Virus record (IMG/VR): IMGVR_UViG_3300033562_000715
DNA length: 21,519 nt
DNA from: an uncultured virus (IMG/VR IMGVR_UViG_3300033562_000715)
Lineage: Duplodnaviria > Heunggongvirae > Uroviricota > Caudoviricetes
Direction: 5' to 3' (one strand)
A program made the translations under genes and the position numbers. This document shows, in pieces, positions 17,801 through 21,519 of the stretch. How positions within the stretch are numbered: position 1 is the stretch's first letter; the number at the start of each line of letters is the position of its first letter. Under the pieces are notes generated by a model. That model saw only the letters and a list, made by a program, of their open reading frames with translations. It was not told where the DNA came from and searched no databases.

Positions 17801-19242
17801 CTATATCATTTGACCCTAACAATGGTGTAGGTGAGAATCCAAGTGTTACTTATACATATAGTCCAACAGCAAGTAGTCTTGCTGTGTATCCTGTAGTTCC
17901 AACAAGAGAGGATTATACTTTTCTTGGATGGAGTAGAACTAGCAATGCTATTACAGTTGAATTAAATGTTACCTTTTATTATCCTAAGACAACGGGTAAA
18001 GATGAGACTCTATATGCAGTATGGGGTGTTAATGTAGTCTATGATGCTAATGGTGGTATTAATCCACCAGCTAAACAGTCTTATGTAGTTTCGCCCACAG
18101 GCTCATTTAATTTATCAACCGCAGTTCCCTCAAGACCTAATTATACTTTTATTGGTTGGTCAGAAGACAAAAATGCTACTAAAGCAGATTACGTTAAAGG
18201 TTCAGCTTGGTCACGCAATCATACTTCAGACTCTACATTGTATGCAGTATGGGCACCAGTAAACTATTATGTAAATTATAATGCTAATGGTGGAATAGGT
18301 TCACCTGATACGCAAAATTATGATTACTCAGTAGAAGGCTCAATATTAATAACAGAGAATAGACCAACAAAGGCAAATTCTTTCTTTTGGGGTTGGGCAA
18401 CTACTATTAATGCAACACAAGCTACTGTACAGCCAGGAGACTCATGGTCTCAATCTAACAAGTCAACAACTTTATATGCAGTATGGAAAGTAATACCTTT
18501 GGTATACACTATATCCTTTGATGCTAATGGTGGGATAAATGCTCCAGAAACTGTGTCATATGAATATGCAGTGACTGGTTCAATCAATTTACCAACCACT
18601 AAGCCTACAAATGATGGTGCTTACTTTATAGGTTGGTCTAAAGACCCATTAGCAGAGGACACTACTATAAAGCTAGGTTCATCATGGTCTAAGAGTAGTA
18701 CATCAACAACATTATATGCAGTTTGGGGTAAAGGAAATGAAAATCTAATAAATTCTACAGGTTCTGACTATAGAGATTTATCCCTTGGTGAGGACAAGAC
18801 CCAGGGTAAAGTAACTGAATATTATTCAGATTCTTATTCTGAAAGTAGCAATTATGATTTAAATACATCCATTGCAGTATTTGTAACTAAGGGTAGTATG
18901 ATTAAGTTACAAGTACCAAAAACCTTGATATTAGGTATAACAGAAACTGAAGAAGGTACTTTAAAGTCTAAAGCAGAGGGTTCATACAAGATTGGTCTTT
19001 TAGGAGACTTAGGTGGCAAGCAGAAGATTCGTGTTAGCTTTCCAGAGAGAGTGACCTTAGTAAATGGAACTAAATCTATTGATGCATCTATTTCAGTAGT
19101 TAAATCAGACTGGCTTTGGGCAGATGTAAACCCAGAGACGTATACTTATGTTAACTCAACTATACGCTTAAGTGGTTTAACAGCAGGTTCTTATAAGGGT
19201 GTTTTCAATATTAACTTTGTTGTAAGCATCGATAACTTATAA
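14836..19242 (+). CDS. large secreted InlB B-repeat (Listeria-Bacteroides repeat) protein with C-terminal copy of the small subunit domain
   Basis: Signal peptide ending THA; 16 repeats of Y-x-NGG...P...FxGW...TLYAVW; last 166 aa paralogous to 14018-14593. Confidence 0.9.
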   Translation: MKLKKFKFVIGFLMFAFMFMLSVDTHAEDYVAGKVYTLYLNPNGGTIARSSLTYFDNGSGPFSPDVPVRDGYFFEGWSLLPNATEATLTQWERNQVSNTLYAVWSVNPRYSSVKYDVTGGINAPRDVAYTYSATEKITLSTSTPSKVGFTFLGWSTDSTSTVATIQPGATWSRSKIGKNVLYAVWERIPGTGVIVYDPATGEQAPDPIAYVQSTTDGVTLSTQVPAKVGYTFEGWATESGAEDPTLQPGDVWKPSSDADTTLFAVWEKNSGTFVLYYGTDGGLNTPAAKELTPVASGTTKLSVLTPKKLGYNFLGWSTIKDATVASYPVGATLSLNQDSDVTLYAVWSLATYSVFYNANGGSGTPASQSYLYELNKSITLSALYPTKAGYDFDHWAPSTTSTEIILPGSEWSCTNVTTTLHAMWVGKKYTFSFDANGGVSTNEPITYSYQPTGTFPVVTVSPTRDGCTFLGWARTADAAKALVGSSFNYAYYSPAKDETFYAVWGADITYDANGGIGAPAKQPYTVGNVSLSSIKPTKPGITFLGWSEDKNATEPTYLSGADFSRNQNANVTLYAIWNNQYKVTYNANGGTGAPDTQYQVNSPEGSVFEIPLITPVWADHTFLGWRPVTDKPYLATVHRGDTFIAPTLETNLYAVWKQDIYTMTGHNVYFDPNGSNISYSAVPFYDNGSPITFYESLYGSKFNTRVGYKLLGWSTTPDSKIPNIWGMQRSFGTTVVYAVWELKPGYCALEYDAQGGLNAPFNEAYPCSSTVSTTVPSTIPTKQGHTFLGWSTDKDSNVVNVNPGSSLSRTTQGVTTLYAVWSLTPDYYSIEYNANGGCLAPNTTAYTYNQDKDTAISSARPVRLGHTFLGWSTDSNSSVADISPGDLWSRDLKENTTLYAIWSPDIYSIVYSLNGGTGTIPSTLFAYSDSDYIPLSKDYPTKFGFHCIGWGKTSTSTDAITDWKANNVVGKAQTSIVYVYAIWEPNEYTISFDPNNGVGENPSVTYTYSPTASSLAVYPVVPTREDYTFLGWSRTSNAITVELNVTFYYPKTTGKDETLYAVWGVNVVYDANGGINPPAKQSYVVSPTGSFNLSTAVPSRPNYTFIGWSEDKNATKADYVKGSAWSRNHTSDSTLYAVWAPVNYYVNYNANGGIGSPDTQNYDYSVEGSILITENRPTKANSFFWGWATTINATQATVQPGDSWSQSNKSTTLYAVWKVIPLVYTISFDANGGINAPETVSYEYAVTGSINLPTTKPTNDGAYFIGWSKDPLAEDTTIKLGSSWSKSSTSTTLYAVWGKGNENLINSTGSDYRDLSLGEDKTQGKVTEYYSDSYSESSNYDLNTSIAVFVTKGSMIKLQVPKTLILGITETEEGTLKSKAEGSYKIGLLGDLGGKQKIRVSFPERVTLVNGTKSIDASISVVKSDWLWADVNPETYTYVNSTIRLSGLTAGSYKGVFNINFVVSIDNL

Positions 19243-19264
19243 TTAGGTTATATTAAAGATTTTG

Positions 19265-19306
19265 AAAAGGTTAATGCTTTCGTTATAGACGGCATTAACC
19301 TTTTTT
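19265..19306 (+). terminator. intrinsic terminator
   Basis: aaaaggttaatgc ... gcattaacctttt plus further T residues. Confidence 0.85.
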
Positions 19307-19495
19307 ATTGTTTCATTTATCGTTTTTATGTTTTTTATTGGGGAATACTTTGGCAATTTATATTAAAGGTTGTATGTTAAATATCGGATATGGCACTCAA
19401 TTAACTAAATACCCAGTCAAGTAAGAGTCTTTTAATAAAGTATAGCGTATGCAATAGGGGTATTGTAAAACCTAGAACAGGGAGGGTAAAGTTTT

Positions 19496-21519
19496 ATGTT
19501 AATAAAATTTAAAAGGGGTGGTCAGTGGTTTATAAACGTTTGCAAACCTATAATACTTAGTCTATGTTTAGCCATTTCACCTTTAAGCGTTAGTGCAACA
19601 GCTACTACTTATAAACTTATTTATAATGGAAATGGTGGTTCGGGTGCACCTGTGGTTCAGTCTTTTTCTCCTGATACGGGTGATATTCAGATAAGCAGAA
19701 CTGCTCCAACCCTAACGAATTATGTATTTTTAGGGTGGTCTAGAACAACGACTGGTACTCCAGACATACAGCCTTTGTCAAAGATAACAACAAATGGTGT
19801 ATCAGCAAATATAACTTTGTATGCAAAATGGGGTAATCCCTCTACTTCAAGGTATGTTAGTTATGTTGGTTCTACTCCCACGGAAGTAAAAAATGTGTCT
19901 AACCTACCTGTAGTTCACTATTTCACTTACAGTACTTCTAGTACAATAGTTTTATCTGAAGTTGTACCAATAAGAAAGTACCATACTTTTCTTGGGTGGT
20001 CTACTGTAAGGAGTTCTAATACTGTTGATTATATGCCAGGAGATGCTTATTCTTGTTCACTAGCTTCTGCTCAATTATTTCCAGTATGGTCTTATAATGA
20101 AGGAAGTATTCCAAGTGTGTATTTTGACAAGTTATCTCAACCTGCAGTGGGTATTCCAGATACCCTTTTATTGGATTCAGATAGTAGTTATTTTATTCCA
20201 GAAACTATCCCAGTACTTCAAGGTGCCACCTTTACAGGCTGGAGTCTAACTGCTCAACCAGCTTTAACTTATGTAGATTATGCAGTAATTATGTACCAAC
20301 CAGGGGCACCCTTAGAGAAACTACATGACGACCTTACTATTTACCCTCATTTTATACCATCTACATTTCCAAAGATAAGCGTAACTTATGCTTTAAATGG
20401 TGGTACAGCTGGTCCAGTAGTACAGTGGGCAAGAACCAAATATCTAGGTGGGGATGGGACATATTTTTACTCAGATATTCTCATTTCATCAAAGGTGCCA
20501 AAGAAGGAGGGTTTTAAGTTTTTAGGTTGGTCTAGGTCTTTAAATGGACCAATGGTACTGTTAGCAGGTGCTTTAACAAACTTTAAACCCCAAACAAGTT
20601 TTACTTTATACGCAGTATGGCAAGCTTTACCAGTAGAAACTCCGCATACTCTTTCATTTGATGCTAATGGTGGTTTAAATCCACCGTCAAGTATTCCTTA
20701 TACGTTTAATACTAATATACAAGGAAGCCTTTATTTACCAACAGAGATTCCTACGTTAGAGGGTAAAGATTTTGTTGGATGGTCTACTGTACAAGGCTCT
20801 AAAACGGCTCAGTATTTAGCAGGCTCGTCTTGGTTGTTAGTAGATGTAGATACAACACTGTATGCAGTATGGGAAGACAAGCCAATAATACGAACAATAA
20901 CTTATGACTCTAACGGTGGTAGTACTTGTCCAGTACCTTTATCTTATGCAGTAAAACCGACAGGTACTGTGGCATTAACTGCTGAAAAGCCGATAAAAGA
21001 TGGTTTTGAGTTCTTGGGTTGGTCTATTACACAGACATCTAGTACTGCAGAGTATGCATCAGGGTATGCATGGTCATTAAGCAACAACTATGACAGCACT
21101 CTGTATGCTATTTGGAGGGTTATCCCCACTTATACTATAACATATGATGCAAATGGTGGTATTGATTGTCCTGACCCACAGTCCTATTTATATAGTGCGA
21201 CGGGTACTATTACTTTATCAACAGTTATACCAACAAGAGATGGTTACACTTTTCAAGGTTGGTCTACATCTAGTAATGGTTCAGGAGGTACTACAGCAGC
21301 AGGTGGTATTTGGTCATGTAGCAACACTAGTAGAACTCTATATGCAATATGGAAGTTGATTCCTATTACATATACTATAACATATGACGCAAATGGTGGT
21401 ATAAATGGTCCAGCAAGTCAATCTTATTTATATAGTGAAACGGGTACAACTATTATATCAACTGTTATACCAACAAGAGAAGGGTATGCTTTTCAGGGGT
21501 GGCACTCTCCCAATGATGA
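19496..21519 (+). CDS. second secreted InlB B-repeat protein (partial, runs off the window)
   Basis: Absent from the ORF track (no stop in window). ATG 19496 after ggaggg; MLIKFKRGG...LSVSA signal, then 7 complete and 1 partial B-repeats in one frame to GYAFQGWHSPND. Confidence 0.9.
   Translation, partial: MLIKFKRGGQWFINVCKPIILSLCLAISPLSVSATATTYKLIYNGNGGSGAPVVQSFSPDTGDIQISRTAPTLTNYVFLGWSRTTTGTPDIQPLSKITTNGVSANITLYAKWGNPSTSRYVSYVGSTPTEVKNVSNLPVVHYFTYSTSSTIVLSEVVPIRKYHTFLGWSTVRSSNTVDYMPGDAYSCSLASAQLFPVWSYNEGSIPSVYFDKLSQPAVGIPDTLLLDSDSSYFIPETIPVLQGATFTGWSLTAQPALTYVDYAVIMYQPGAPLEKLHDDLTIYPHFIPSTFPKISVTYALNGGTAGPVVQWARTKYLGGDGTYFYSDILISSKVPKKEGFKFLGWSRSLNGPMVLLAGALTNFKPQTSFTLYAVWQALPVETPHTLSFDANGGLNPPSSIPYTFNTNIQGSLYLPTEIPTLEGKDFVGWSTVQGSKTAQYLAGSSWLLVDVDTTLYAVWEDKPIIRTITYDSNGGSTCPVPLSYAVKPTGTVALTAEKPIKDGFEFLGWSITQTSSTAEYASGYAWSLSNNYDSTLYAIWRVIPTYTITYDANGGIDCPDPQSYLYSATGTITLSTVIPTRDGYTFQGWSTSSNGSGGTTAAGGIWSCSNTSRTLYAIWKLIPITYTITYDANGGINGPASQSYLYSETGTTIISTVIPTREGYAFQGWHSPND
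21131..21502 (+). repeat. 240 bp-period tandem duplication of B-repeat units
   Basis: tatactataacatatga(t/c)gcaaatggtggtat at 21131 and 21371, with matching downstream tatttatatagtg and gttataccaacaagaga. Confidence 0.85.

Noticed and set aside
21144..21359. 71 aa + strand ORF
   Set aside because: Out-of-frame overlap inside the B-repeat gene starting at 19496.
14941..21519. Periodic DNA repeats as CRISPR array or DGR template/variable repeats
   Set aside because: They are in-frame coding B-repeats of ~240 bp; no constant repeat-spacer structure, no adenine-specific differences, no cas or reverse transcriptase gene in the window.

Overview
AT-rich window with every credible gene on the + strand, Firmicutes-type signals (AGGAGG RBSs, sigma-A promoters with extended -10, intrinsic terminators) and no recognisable housekeeping operon. 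It is most likely part of a large mobile replicon (jumbo phage, megaplasmid or large ICE) of a Clostridia-like host; that assignment is inference. Order: hypotheticals; a RecJ-like DHH exonuclease; an actin-like (ParM/StbA) ATPase followed by a receiver-like/coiled-coil/degenerate MinD-ParA protein, a ribbon-helix-helix ParR-like protein and a membrane protein; a probable ~75 nt small RNA with its own promoter and terminator; two free-standing, extein-less, catalytically altered paralogs of an intein, directly upstream of an SPPY DNA methyltransferase whose SAM-binding motif is interrupted by that intein; then a surface module made of a membrane protein, a small secreted subunit, a 16-repeat InlB B-repeat protein ending in a copy of that subunit, and a second B-repeat protein running off the window. 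Best candidates for new biology: the stand-alone intein paralogs plus intein-split methyltransferase, the sortase-independent fibre-like module, the expanded actin partition module, and the anti-SD small RNA.
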